Assembly: GCA_050253075.1 (NCBI GenBank)
Contig: JBFWJS010000001.1
Span: 1-64,000 of the forward strand
Length of the DNA: 64,000 bases
Source: Deferribacterales bacterium
GTDB lineage: Bacteria; Chrysiogenota; Deferribacteres; Deferribacterales; Geovibrionaceae
Direction of reading: 5' to 3'
In this document: positions 8,885 through 18,716 of the stretch, piece after piece
Layout: each line of letters begins with the position of its first letter
Numbering within the stretch: position 1 is the stretch's first letter
Program-made: the position numbers and the translations under genes
The notes under the pieces: model-generated
The model's input: only the letters and a program-made list of their open reading frames with translations
Database searches by the model: none
Told to the model about the DNA's origin: nothing

Positions 8885-9105
8885 CCCCCATGTTACATAT
8901 CAAATGTTGAACCGAAATTGGTTTCTTCCGGATCTTCGTCATGAATCGTCTCTGAATTAGCAGACACTTTCCTCGTTCGTACCATAGTTTTTTGAGCCTT
9001 TCGCCACCTCTATTTTTCTCTATTAAAAACGATTACGTTAATTGTTAAAAAGCCTTGTTCTATTAGCAAGAAGAAGCGTAAGATAGGGGAAATGACGACC
9101 ATGAA

Positions 9106-10041
9106 ATGAGGATGGATATGAAGCAGATACAAAATGTAGCGATCATCGGAGCGGGTGCGCTCGGTTTACTTTTCGGCAGCAAGCTCTTCTCTGCGCCCGA
9201 TGTAAAAACATACTTCATAGCAGAAGGCAGCCGTGCGGACAGGCTCGAAAAAGAGCCTCTCGCCTACAACGGCGTAACATGCCCCATCCCTGTCCTGCGC
9301 CCCATTGAGGGAGCACCGACTATGGACATGGTCATCGTGGCGGTCAAGCATAACCAACTGGAAGAAGCTGTTGCCGGCCTGCGCCCCTTTGTTCGTGAAG
9401 ATACCATCTTCATCTCTCTGCTGAACGGACTGGAAAGCGAGGAAACCATTGCGCATTTTTACGGCAAAGAACACGTACTCTATGCCATCGCCGTAGGTAT
9501 GGACACCATACGTGACGGGCAGGAAGTATACGGGAAAGCTGAGGGCAAAATCGTTTTCGGAAACGAGATGAACACCATACTCTCAGAAGACGTTAAACAT
9601 GTGAAAGCCTTATTTGAAAAAGCGATTATCCCCCATGACGTCCCGGAGAATATGCTCCGTGCCATGTGGTGGAAGTTCATGATAAATGTGAGCATCAATC
9701 AGGCGTCCGCCATCTTACGCGCGAACTACGGCGTGTTCCAGACGAACCCTGATGTCCGTGCCGTAATGGATGCACTTGTCGATGAAGTGATCGCAATATC
9801 CGCCCCTGCGGGTATAAATCTAAATCAGGAAGACAAAAAACAATGGCACAAGCTGCTCCTTACCCTTGGTGCACAAGGGAAAACCTCCATGCTGCAGGAT
9901 GTCGAGCAGGGACGCCAAACAGAAGTGGAACTGTTTGCGGGAAAAGCAGTTAAACTCGGTGAAAAATACGGCATACCCACCCCGATGAATGCCGCCGTTC
10001 TGAAGATAATCCGTGCACTGGACGCAATGGCAAACGCCTAA
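9106..10041 (+). CDS. panE: 2-dehydropantoate 2-reductase (ketopantoate reductase)
   Basis: IIGAGALG Rossmann motif, LLNGL, WWKFMINVSIN, KTSMLQDVEQGRQTEVE. Confidence 0.9.
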   Translation: MRMDMKQIQNVAIIGAGALGLLFGSKLFSAPDVKTYFIAEGSRADRLEKEPLAYNGVTCPIPVLRPIEGAPTMDMVIVAVKHNQLEEAVAGLRPFVREDTIFISLLNGLESEETIAHFYGKEHVLYAIAVGMDTIRDGQEVYGKAEGKIVFGNEMNTILSEDVKHVKALFEKAIIPHDVPENMLRAMWWKFMINVSINQASAILRANYGVFQTNPDVRAVMDALVDEVIAISAPAGINLNQEDKKQWHKLLLTLGAQGKTSMLQDVEQGRQTEVELFAGKAVKLGEKYGIPTPMNAAVLKIIRALDAMANA

Positions 10042-10234
10042 TGCATATAGTTAAAACAGTCTAACTAAAACATACTGATCATTTTATTTCCGAATTTTGC
10101 CTCTTTAACCTTAAAAGACCGATATTTGTTTAATTCTGATACTTTTTTAATCAAAAAATCAAACTAGTGGTCAAAATTTAATCGGCTATTATTTCTTATA
10201 TATAATATATATGTAGTCATACCGTAAAATTTTT

Positions 10235-10250
10235 TGGCACGTTTATTGTT
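10235..10250 (+). promoter_or_regulatory. Putative sigma54 -24/-12 promoter of glnK-amtB
   Basis: TGGCAC-N5-TTGT. The -24 element is perfect; the -12 element is TTGT instead of TTGC. Confidence 0.5.
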
Positions 10251-10283
10251 TATAGGAAACCTAACAATTAGAAGGAGATTTCT

Positions 10284-10625
10284 ATGAAACTGATTAAGTC
10301 AATAATCAAACCTTCAAGGATTGATGAAGTCAAAGAAGCTCTTAACGAGCTCGGCATTTCAGGCATGACAATCTTTGAAGTTAAAGGCTATGGAAGACAA
10401 AAAGGCCACAATGAACTGTATCGTGGTGCAGAGTACCAGATCGATTTCGTTCCGAAGGTAATGTTTGAGATCGTTGTAAAAGACGAGATCGCAGCCGACT
10501 GTGTAAAAGCTATCACGGAAGCCGCTAAAACAGGCAAGATCGGAGACGGAAAAGTATTCGTACTCGACGTTGCTGAAGCTATCAGAATACGTACCGGTGA
10601 AACCGGAACAGAAGCTCTTGGTTAG
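10284..10625 (+). CDS. glnK: Nitrogen regulatory protein P-II
   Basis: GYGRQKG, T-loop YRGAEY, TGKIGDGKVFV; lies directly upstream of amtB. Confidence 0.95.
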   Translation: MKLIKSIIKPSRIDEVKEALNELGISGMTIFEVKGYGRQKGHNELYRGAEYQIDFVPKVMFEIVVKDEIAADCVKAITEAAKTGKIGDGKVFVLDVAEAIRIRTGETGTEALG

Positions 10626-10639
10626 GAGGATATATAACA

Positions 10640-11911
10640 ATGGAAAATCAGATTTTTGAACTTCAATTCGCTATTGATACATTCTATTTCCTAGTTTGTG
10701 GTGCATTAGTAATGTGGATGGCAGCAGGATTTGCCATGCTCGAGTCCGGTCTCGTAAGAGCGAAGAACACGACAGAAATTCTTACAAAAAACGTAGCTCT
10801 CTATGCTGTAGCTAGTATCATGTACCTGATCTGCGGTTATCAATTCATGTACGGCGGTGGTTTTTTTCTCTCAGGTGTTGAAACTGTAGCTACATTCAGC
10901 AAAGAAGCGGCTCTCGCTGCATCTATCGAAAACGGCTTTGACGGCAGCTCTGTATACGCCGGCGCATCCGACTTCTTCTTCCAAGTAGTGTTTGTCGGTG
11001 CTGCTATGTCTATCGTATCCGGTGCTGTTGCTGAAAGAATGAAGCTTTGGGCTTTCCTTGTTTTCGCAGTTGTTATGACAGGTTTTACATATCCTATGGA
11101 AGGAAGCTGGACATGGGGCGGCAACGAAGTATTCGGTCTGTTCTCCCTTAACTACAGCGACTACGCAGGCTCAGGTATCGTTCACCTCGCAGGTGCAGCT
11201 GCTGCACTTTCCGGTGTTCTCTTCCTCGGCGCCAGAAAGGGTAAATACTCCAAAGACGGCAAAATCAACGCTATCCCGGGCGCAAACCTTCCGCTGGCTG
11301 CCCTCGGAACATTCATCCTCTGGATGGGCTGGTTCGGATTCAACGGCGGTTCTACACTTAAACTCGGCGGAATGGAAGTAGCGAACGAAGTTGCTAACGT
11401 TTTCCTTAACACAAACGCTGCTGCTGCTGCGGGGGCTATATCAGCTCTTATCGTAGCTCAGCTCCTTTTCAAAAAGGCAGACCTTACAATGCTTCTTAAC
11501 GGTGCTCTCGCAGGTCTCGTTGCTATTACGGCAGAGCCCGCAGACCCGACACCTATCTCAGCATCCATCATCGGTGCTATCGCAGGTGTTATAGTTGTAT
11601 TCGCTATCCTCGGAATAGACAGACTTAAGATAGACGACCCTGTCGGTGCTATCTCTGTACACGGCGTATGCGGTTTCTTCGGTGTTATGGTTGTACCATT
11701 CACAGATGCAGAGACATCATTCGTTGGTCAGTTCGTAGGCGCAGCGACAATCTTCGTATGGGTATTCGTAGTATCATCTATTGTATGGCTCGTACTTAAG
11801 ATGACTATAGGCATCAGAATCAGCGAAGAAGAAGAATTTGAAGGTGCGGACATCTCCGAATGCGGACTTGAGGCATATCCTGAATTCACTTCTAGCAGTG
11901 GTATAAAATAA
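10640..11911 (+). CDS. amtB: Ammonium transporter
   Basis: SGAVAER, DYAGSGIVH, WFGFNGG, IDDPVGAISVHG motifs. Confidence 0.96.
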   Translation: MENQIFELQFAIDTFYFLVCGALVMWMAAGFAMLESGLVRAKNTTEILTKNVALYAVASIMYLICGYQFMYGGGFFLSGVETVATFSKEAALAASIENGFDGSSVYAGASDFFFQVVFVGAAMSIVSGAVAERMKLWAFLVFAVVMTGFTYPMEGSWTWGGNEVFGLFSLNYSDYAGSGIVHLAGAAAALSGVLFLGARKGKYSKDGKINAIPGANLPLAALGTFILWMGWFGFNGGSTLKLGGMEVANEVANVFLNTNAAAAAGAISALIVAQLLFKKADLTMLLNGALAGLVAITAEPADPTPISASIIGAIAGVIVVFAILGIDRLKIDDPVGAISVHGVCGFFGVMVVPFTDAETSFVGQFVGAATIFVWVFVVSSIVWLVLKMTIGIRISEEEEFEGADISECGLEAYPEFTSSSGIK

Positions 11912-11936
11912 GACTTAACAACAGTTAAGATCATAT

Positions 11937-11966
11937 AAAGGGGAGGCTTCGGCTTCCCCTTTTTTT
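11937..11966 (+). terminator. Intrinsic terminator (possibly bidirectional)
   Basis: AAAGGGGAGGC-TTCG-GCTTCCCCTTT followed by a T run, between convergent genes. Confidence 0.8.
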
Positions 11967-11968
11967 AT

Positions 11969-12676
11969 TCAGTCAGCCTGAGATTCGTAATATTTGAATT
12001 TATATCCGACACCGTAAATGGTCAGGAAATAGTGCGGTGAATCCGGCGATTTTTCCAGCTTTTTCCGAAGTTTTAAGACGTGGGTATCCACAGTGCGGGT
12101 TGTCGTCTCGACATTCTGCCCCCACACCTGCTCCAGCAGGAGTTCTCTAGAAAGTGGTTTCCCGTTGTTTTCCAGAAAGTATTTCAGCAGGTCAAATTCT
12201 TTCGCCGTAAATTCCATGAGAACTCCCTTCCGCCTGACCTCCTGACGGATAAGGTCTACTTCTATGTCGTCAAGTTTATAAACATTTTCAGGCGGTCTCG
12301 AATCGAAGCGTCTGAGCACCACTTTTATCCTGGCGACGAGTTCCTTCAGCCCGAAAGGCTTTGTCATATAATCGTCTGCGCCTGTCTCCAGCCCCAGAAC
12401 CTTGTCCACCTCGCTGCTCCTGACAGACAGCATGATGATGGGCACATGCTTCTTCTCCGCCCGCAGTTTTCTGCAGACCTCTATGCCGTCTATCCCCGTC
12501 AGCATCACATCCAGTATGATAAGGTCCGGGCTGTGCTTCTGATAAAGCCTCAGCCCCTCTTCACCGCTGTCGGTCACATACACTTCATACCCCTCGAACT
12601 CCAGATTGTCCTGCAGTCCACGGCGCATATGTGCATCGTCTTCTATCACCAGTATCTTTTTACCCTTTAACAACAT
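11969..12676 (-). CDS. OmpR/PhoB-family response regulator
   Basis: ILVIEDD, GADDYMTKPF, RTVDTHV, TIYGVGY. Confidence 0.93.
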   Translation of the reverse strand: MLLKGKKILVIEDDAHMRRGLQDNLEFEGYEVYVTDSGEEGLRLYQKHSPDLIILDVMLTGIDGIEVCRKLRAEKKHVPIIMLSVRSSEVDKVLGLETGADDYMTKPFGLKELVARIKVVLRRFDSRPPENVYKLDDIEVDLIRQEVRRKGVLMEFTAKEFDLLKYFLENNGKPLSRELLLEQVWGQNVETTTRTVDTHVLKLRKKLEKSPDSPHYFLTIYGVGYKFKYYESQAD

Positions 12677-14204
12677 CCCTATCCCCTCTGTAAACAGGCA
12701 GGATAACCGTGAAACAGCTCCCCTCGCCTGCCCTGCTCGAAACCGATATAGTCCCCCGATGCGCCTCTACGCTGTGCTTCACAAGTGAGAGCCCCAGCCC
12801 CGAGCCGCGATATCTCTCGCTAAGCCTGTGATAAGGCTTAAATATATTATCGAGCTGATCTTCCGCTATGCCTATGCCGTGGTCTGTGACGGTCAGCTTC
12901 ACCCTGCCCGATTCCATCTGCATACGCACGTCTATATATTTCTCTTCAGGGCTGAACTTCATAGCATTATCAAGCAGATTGCCTACTATCTGGTTCACCG
13001 CCTGCCTGTCGAAAAGGAAGTCGGGTATATCACCGCTGATATCGGCATGAAATTCGAATCCGTGCCCTTTGATGTATGCCTCATACGAAGAGACCATCTC
13101 ACCAACAACGGCAGAGATATCCCCCTTAGTGAAATTATACTCCTTCATCCCCTTTTCGATGCTGGAGATGTCCAGAGTGTTATTTATCAGCAGGTGCAGA
13201 CGGTCACATTCGCTGAGTATCGTCTGATAATAGTTCATCGATCTCCCGCCGTTCACCCGCCCCAGCATGAGGGTCTCGGAATACATGCGTATCAGCGAAA
13301 GCGGAGTCTTCAGCTCGTGGGAGACATGAGACATCATATGCGACTTCACCTTTGAAAGTTCGTTTTCCTGCTGCATCTGCTTCCAGATGAAGTAGCTGCT
13401 GGCGAGGGTGAGAAGAACCAAAAGAGCGATAAAGCCCATGTAGTTGACTATCTCTATCCTCGCACGGCTGCGCATGTCCGTGGCATTGATATACGAGCTG
13501 ACCATCCAGAAAGGGAGGATATCCCGAAAGCCGTATTCGATATACAGCTTGTTTCTGTCGCTCTTCTCCTCATCTGAAAGCGGTGCGCTCAGTATAAATG
13601 TATTCCCCGCCAGAAAAGGATTCTTCGTATCGATGGACTCGGGCATGAGCACATCGTTTATATAATCCAGATCGAGCGTGTATAAAAGCACAAGCGGAGC
13701 CTTCCCCTGCGCCTCTCCAGAGATGAGGGTCGCACCTGCCTGTACGGGTTTATCTTTATCAAGGTATCCTGCGAAGTGATATAAGGTCAGCGGGACGAGG
13801 TTCAGCAGTCCTGCGTCGTTTTTCAGACGGTCTTCCAGCCAGCTTTTCACCTCTTCGCTGCTGCATGATATTTCAGCACCGCCGTAAAGACATATGTTCG
13901 ATGCTATCGGGTGCTTTTTGCTGTAGGCGGCGAGGTCTTCCACCGTGATGGTGTCGTGATAGCCGGATACGACATCCAGTATCATCCTATGTTCGAGCTG
14001 ATAGATGTTCCGCTCTAGGTTCTGCGATTGTGTCCGCAGAGACATCCTGCCGCTCCTCGTGGCGGCGTCCAGCATAAGAAAGTTTCGGAATGTAAGGTAG
14101 TTATAGCCTATAACAGCGAGAACGACTATGATGCACAGCACCAGAGCCGCAAAGAATATGACCGGTTTTATACCTGGACCTGCCGTAAGTTTCAGTTTTT
14201 CCAT
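12660..14204 (-). CDS. Sensor histidine kinase
   Basis: Two TM segments, SHELKTPL, NLLDNAMKF, DHGIGI, GSGLGLSLV. Confidence 0.92.
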   Translation of the reverse strand: MEKLKLTAGPGIKPVIFFAALVLCIIVVLAVIGYNYLTFRNFLMLDAATRSGRMSLRTQSQNLERNIYQLEHRMILDVVSGYHDTITVEDLAAYSKKHPIASNICLYGGAEISCSSEEVKSWLEDRLKNDAGLLNLVPLTLYHFAGYLDKDKPVQAGATLISGEAQGKAPLVLLYTLDLDYINDVLMPESIDTKNPFLAGNTFILSAPLSDEEKSDRNKLYIEYGFRDILPFWMVSSYINATDMRSRARIEIVNYMGFIALLVLLTLASSYFIWKQMQQENELSKVKSHMMSHVSHELKTPLSLIRMYSETLMLGRVNGGRSMNYYQTILSECDRLHLLINNTLDISSIEKGMKEYNFTKGDISAVVGEMVSSYEAYIKGHGFEFHADISGDIPDFLFDRQAVNQIVGNLLDNAMKFSPEEKYIDVRMQMESGRVKLTVTDHGIGIAEDQLDNIFKPYHRLSERYRGSGLGLSLVKHSVEAHRGTISVSSRAGEGSCFTVILPVYRGDRDVVKG

Positions 14205-14272
14205 CTTACCTCTTTATCAAGAAAGCCGTGCCGACCCACAAGGTTTAAGACCGGCACGACAATATCAGAGCC

Positions 14273-14839
14273 TTAATACATTATTCTCTGAGGGATCTTC
14301 GCCGGCTCTGTGAAAGCCCAGTCTTTATCTTCGACCTGCGAGTGACAGCCGATGCAGGAGTCTTGTGCACCTGCTGCATCACTACCGAAAGGCACCTGAT
14401 CGAGTCCTTTCCAGCGGGCCCAGCCCCATCCGCCTGTCTCTTTATACTTCTTCGCATCCTTTATCATAAATTCTGCGTGGACAAAATCGCCGGGGATGGT
14501 TCCGTCTGAAACATGCTCAGACTTCTTATTTTTCCATACTAACTTCCCTAAAACAACTCCATCCGGCCAGGGGTTAGTTTTTCCTTCTCGTATTGCTTGT
14601 ATTGCTTGCGGGTTGCCGAGAACGGCTCGGATGGTACCATGCTCTGCACGATGCACGACAGAAATGACATCCCACTCCTGATAATTAACAGGGAAGGCAA
14701 TTCCGTTTGCTGTCGGAGGCGGTACTTTATTTTTAGTTTTCTCAATATGGTGGTCTGCATATGCGACCGATATCACACTCAGACTCATAATGATGCTTAA
14801 GGCCAATAACGTTTTCCATGAAGTCACTTTTTTACTCAT
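14273..14839 (-). CDS. Cytochrome P460 family protein
   Basis: Signal peptide, WPDGVVLGK (candidate cross-link Lys), MIKDAKKY...GGWGWA, C-terminal CIGCH. Start is ATG 14839 after AGGAG. Confidence 0.85.
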   Translation of the reverse strand: MSKKVTSWKTLLALSIIMSLSVISVAYADHHIEKTKNKVPPPTANGIAFPVNYQEWDVISVVHRAEHGTIRAVLGNPQAIQAIREGKTNPWPDGVVLGKLVWKNKKSEHVSDGTIPGDFVHAEFMIKDAKKYKETGGWGWARWKGLDQVPFGSDAAGAQDSCIGCHSQVEDKDWAFTEPAKIPQRIMY

Positions 14840-15140
14840 GTCTGCTCCTATAATAAAAGTAATCAACCCCACATCAGTGAGGTATAGACAGCCCCGTTAT
14901 ATTTCCTCGGGGCTTTAAAAGTGATGCTGCGCAACATCTGCTTACGGAGTATCCTAAACCAATATTTAATTTGAGTTGTCATCATGAGGTAAACAAATGT
15001 CAACAATTGTCAACTTGCTGCCTCAAATGTAAGTTGTTATTGTTTCACATTTTTTGACATTTGTTTTCTTTGCCCTGTCCGGTCTGCATGCTAGTCTTTT
15101 CACACATTTTATTGATTCGTCATTTTTTGGAGGTTTTACC

Positions 15141-15695
15141 ATGCAGATTTTCACCACGAGCGGCGAGCGTGCCGCAGGATTCCCTATGGAGGGTTCGAAG
15201 AAGCTATCGGCAATGCTCTCGGCAGCGGTCATAGCCATAGCCGTGAACACCTTTATGCTGAAGATAGCCCCCGTCATAAAGATAAAGGCGGGCGCAGGCG
15301 GTCTGTTCGGACTGCTGAAGAAACACTACGGCACAGCCTTCACCGAGGTAGGGCTCAGCGGAGCATGGACGGCTCTCGGTCTGCCACAGCCGGGCACACT
15401 GCTTTTCTATATACTTTTTCACTCTTTCATCGGTTTCATGATGTCCATACTCTACGTATATGCCATTGAGAAATACCTCGCAGGCACCGGCATAAGGAAA
15501 GGCGCTGTCTTTTCCATGCTGCCGTGGCTGTTCAACAGCATAGTCGTACTGCCTATGCTGGGCAACGGCTTTGCGGGGTCAAGGGTTATCGGCTTAGTCG
15601 GGATAACTTACTTTTTCATCGCGAACGGAGTATTTGGGATACTGCTCGGCTACTTATATGAAAGATTTTCACGGTGCCTTGTGAAAGACAGATAA
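15141..15695 (+). CDS. Hypothetical integral membrane protein
   Basis: About 4-5 hydrophobic helices with a His in a TM segment (ILFHSFIG). Start is ATG 15141 after GGAGG. Confidence 0.7.
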   Translation: MQIFTTSGERAAGFPMEGSKKLSAMLSAAVIAIAVNTFMLKIAPVIKIKAGAGGLFGLLKKHYGTAFTEVGLSGAWTALGLPQPGTLLFYILFHSFIGFMMSILYVYAIEKYLAGTGIRKGAVFSMLPWLFNSIVVLPMLGNGFAGSRVIGLVGITYFFIANGVFGILLGYLYERFSRCLVKDR

Positions 15696-15878
15696 CCTCC
15701 CCCACTTTTCCGCTCAGCTTCCTGCCGATATTAAGCTGATAACCTGAATATAGGGCTCTCTCACCGGGGCCCTATTATTCAATTCCTCATATTTCCTGAA
15801 AAATCCAACTCGTGTATTGTCTATTTACGCAATGCAGAGGTATATTATCAAAAAGCGAAACGAAAGGAGCGCAAAGGG

Positions 15879-16682
15879 ATGATATCAGCGGAAACAGTAT
15901 GGAAAGACGTACAGCTCATCAGAGAGAGATCCCCTCTGGTTCATAATATAACAAACTTCGTAGTGATGAATAACACGGCAAACGCACTGCTGGCTCTCGG
16001 CGCATCCCCCGTGATGGCACATGCAGAGGAAGAGGCCGCCGACATGGTGAGCATCTCAGGCGCACTGGTGATAAATATCGGCACACTCAGCAAGCACTGG
16101 ATATCTGCTATGGAAAAGGCGATGCAGAAAGCGAAAGAGCTCGGCAAGCCGATAATAATAGACCCTGTGGGTGTGGGTGCCACAGCATATAGGACAGAAA
16201 CAGCACGCAGGATGATAAGAGACTTCTCCCCATCCATAATCAGGGGCAACGGATCAGAGATAATGGCTCTGTGCGCCGATAACGTATCCACCAAAGGCGT
16301 GGACAGCTCAGACAGCTCAGACTCTGCCCTTGAGATGGCGAAAGTGCTCGCTCTTTCAACACGCTCCGCAGTGTGTATCAGCGGAGAGACAGACTATATC
16401 GTTTCAAAAAATGCATCATACTCCATAGCAAACGGACATGCGATGATGCCCGCAGTGACAGGGCTCGGCTGTACCGCTACTGCTCTGTGCGGAGCATTTT
16501 CCGCTGTGAATACAGACCCCACAACGGCAGCGGCACATGCCATGGCTGTGATGGGCATCGCAGGCGAGATAGCCGTGGAAAAGTCCGCAGGCCCGGGCAG
16601 TATGCAGATGAATTTTATCGATGCACTGTATAACCTCTCCGAAAAAGATATCAAAGACAGATTCCGCAAGGGAGCTATATAA
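15879..16682 (+). CDS. thiM: Hydroxyethylthiazole kinase
   Basis: PLVHNITNFV, GASPVMA, INIGTL, DPVGVGAT, IRGNGSEI, TGLGC. Confidence 0.95.
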   Translation: MISAETVWKDVQLIRERSPLVHNITNFVVMNNTANALLALGASPVMAHAEEEAADMVSISGALVINIGTLSKHWISAMEKAMQKAKELGKPIIIDPVGVGATAYRTETARRMIRDFSPSIIRGNGSEIMALCADNVSTKGVDSSDSSDSALEMAKVLALSTRSAVCISGETDYIVSKNASYSIANGHAMMPAVTGLGCTATALCGAFSAVNTDPTTAAAHAMAVMGIAGEIAVEKSAGPGSMQMNFIDALYNLSEKDIKDRFRKGAI

Positions 16683-16684
16683 AC

Positions 16685-17329
16685 ATGAAAGGCGTTTACC
16701 TTGTCACGGACAGAGGCCTGCTGATGAACAACTCTCTGGAGGATGTCGTCATGGCAGCGGTGAAAGCGGGCGCATGCTGTGTCCAGCTGAGGGAGAAGGA
16801 CATCTCCACCCGTGATTTCCTCGACGTGGCGCAGCGCATGAAAAAACTGATGACACCCTATGAAGTCCCCCTCGTCATTAACGACAGGGTAGACATAGCA
16901 ATGGCAATAGACGCAGACGGCATACACATAGGCATGAGCGACATGCCCTATGAAACCGCCCGTGATATGATGAAGCCCGACGCCATCATCGGACTCTCCG
17001 TGGAAACATGGGAAGATGTGGAATCAGCGCAAAAGCTCGACGTAGACTATATAGGCGTCAGCCCCGTATTCTCCACACCGACCAAGACAGATACAAAGAC
17101 CCCGTGGGGACTCGATGGTCTGTCAAAGATAAAAGCGTACTCAAAGCACCCTCTGGTAGCCATCGGCGGGATAAACCAGTCAAATATAGAATCCGTGCTG
17201 AAAGCAGGCGCAGACAGCGTGGCGGTGGTTTCCGCCATATGCAGTGCCGACGACCCATACGCATCGGCGAGCCTTCTGGCAGGCTATTTCCGCAGTATAG
17301 GGCAAGATAAGAAACACCTTAACGGTTAG
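16685..17329 (+). CDS. thiE: Thiamine-phosphate synthase
   Basis: VQLREK, INDRVD, DGIHIG, TPTK, AIGGI. Confidence 0.95.
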   Translation: MKGVYLVTDRGLLMNNSLEDVVMAAVKAGACCVQLREKDISTRDFLDVAQRMKKLMTPYEVPLVINDRVDIAMAIDADGIHIGMSDMPYETARDMMKPDAIIGLSVETWEDVESAQKLDVDYIGVSPVFSTPTKTDTKTPWGLDGLSKIKAYSKHPLVAIGGINQSNIESVLKAGADSVAVVSAICSADDPYASASLLAGYFRSIGQDKKHLNG

Positions 17330-17430
17330 TTTCCGTTTTAATTAATAATATCGTATGATATACATATAGATGTGCTGTATGAGCAGTGCTTTAATTCCGC
17401 ACCCTCTGGGTGTACGCAAGCGGGAATATA

Positions 17431-18690
17431 ATGAATCAAAACTCTAACATTAAATGGGACATACGTGCCCGTATGGTACGGCTGGTGATGAAGCTGGCGG
17501 TTAAATATTATCTGCGCTTCGGCGACGAACATCCGTCTAGCCTGCCTGCGCCTAAACAGGGCAAAAAATATTTCCTGTACATACATATACCTTTCTGCAC
17601 CAGCCTGTGTCCGTTCTGTTCGTTCCACAGGTTTAAACTGCACGAGGAGACTGCACGTAAATACTTCGAACTCCTGCGTAAAGAGATGCGTATGGCGGCA
17701 GAGCTGGGCTATGACTTCGACTCTGCGTATTTCGGCGGCGGCACGACAACCATCCTGCCCGACGAACTGGAAAAGACGATACAGCTGGCAAAGGAGCTCT
17801 TCAGCATAAGAGAGATATCATGCGAGGCTGACCCGGACCATGTAAACCTGCAAAGCATCACTAAGGCAAAGGGTATAGACCGCCTGTCCATAGGCGTGCA
17901 GACATTCAATAACAAGCATCTGGAGCACATAGGACGCCTGAAAAAGTTCGGCAGGGGCGAAGAGCAGTATGAAAAGATAAAAGAAGCACTGGAGCACTTT
18001 GATCTGGTGAATATCGACATGATATATAACTTCCCCGGGCAGACCATGGAGGAGCTTCTGGAAGATGTGGCAAAGGTGCGCAGCCTGAACCCTCCGCAGA
18101 TAACATTTTATCCGCTGATGTATGCTCCATTCACGGGGAAAAGCCTGCAAGCCAGCATAGGCAAACCATCCCACGAGAGCGAGGCGGAGTTTTACACTGC
18201 GCTGACACAGCAGATGACAGAGCCATACACACAGCGTACCTCATGGACATTTGAAAAAGAGGCTCAGGGGATGATAGACGAATACGTCATAAACAATGAC
18301 GAATACGTCGGCATAGGCTCCGGCGCATTCAGCTTCCTCGACGGTGTGCTGTATGCCAACTCTTTCTCACTGAAAGAATATGCCGAAAAGGTTGGCAGCG
18401 GACAGTCATCCATATCAAAGAGCACACGCTTCGGCAGTATGTCCATAAAGAAATACAGAATGATGATAGAGATGTTCGGTTTCAACGGATGGCCGAAGAA
18501 CAGACCGTTCATAGAATACAATGCCCTGAAGCTGCTAGGCGCAGTGAAAGGGAAAGGTGAAAATGCGGAAGTGACCCCAAGGGGCAAGTTTCTGCTGTCT
18601 GTTATGATGAAGTGCTTTTACAACGGAATGGACTACATCCGTGAAGAGATGCGCAAAGACCTGAAAACGGACGATGAACGGATAATCTGA
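17431..18690 (+). CDS. HemN-like radical SAM protein (coproporphyrinogen III oxidase family)
   Basis: YIHIPFCTSLCPFCSF (CxxxCxxC), YFGGGT, RLSIGVQTF, YVGIGSGA. Confidence 0.88.
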   Translation: MNQNSNIKWDIRARMVRLVMKLAVKYYLRFGDEHPSSLPAPKQGKKYFLYIHIPFCTSLCPFCSFHRFKLHEETARKYFELLRKEMRMAAELGYDFDSAYFGGGTTTILPDELEKTIQLAKELFSIREISCEADPDHVNLQSITKAKGIDRLSIGVQTFNNKHLEHIGRLKKFGRGEEQYEKIKEALEHFDLVNIDMIYNFPGQTMEELLEDVAKVRSLNPPQITFYPLMYAPFTGKSLQASIGKPSHESEAEFYTALTQQMTEPYTQRTSWTFEKEAQGMIDEYVINNDEYVGIGSGAFSFLDGVLYANSFSLKEYAEKVGSGQSSISKSTRFGSMSIKKYRMMIEMFGFNGWPKNRPFIEYNALKLLGAVKGKGENAEVTPRGKFLLSVMMKCFYNGMDYIREEMRKDLKTDDERII

Positions 18691-18716
18691 CCGCACACCG
18701 CCCGTATCGGATTTAT

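Noticed and set aside
15696..15878. TPP riboswitch upstream of thiME
   Set aside because: No CTGAGA or ACCTGAT...AGGGA core arrangement was found. Only simple hairpins, likely the terminator of the upstream gene.
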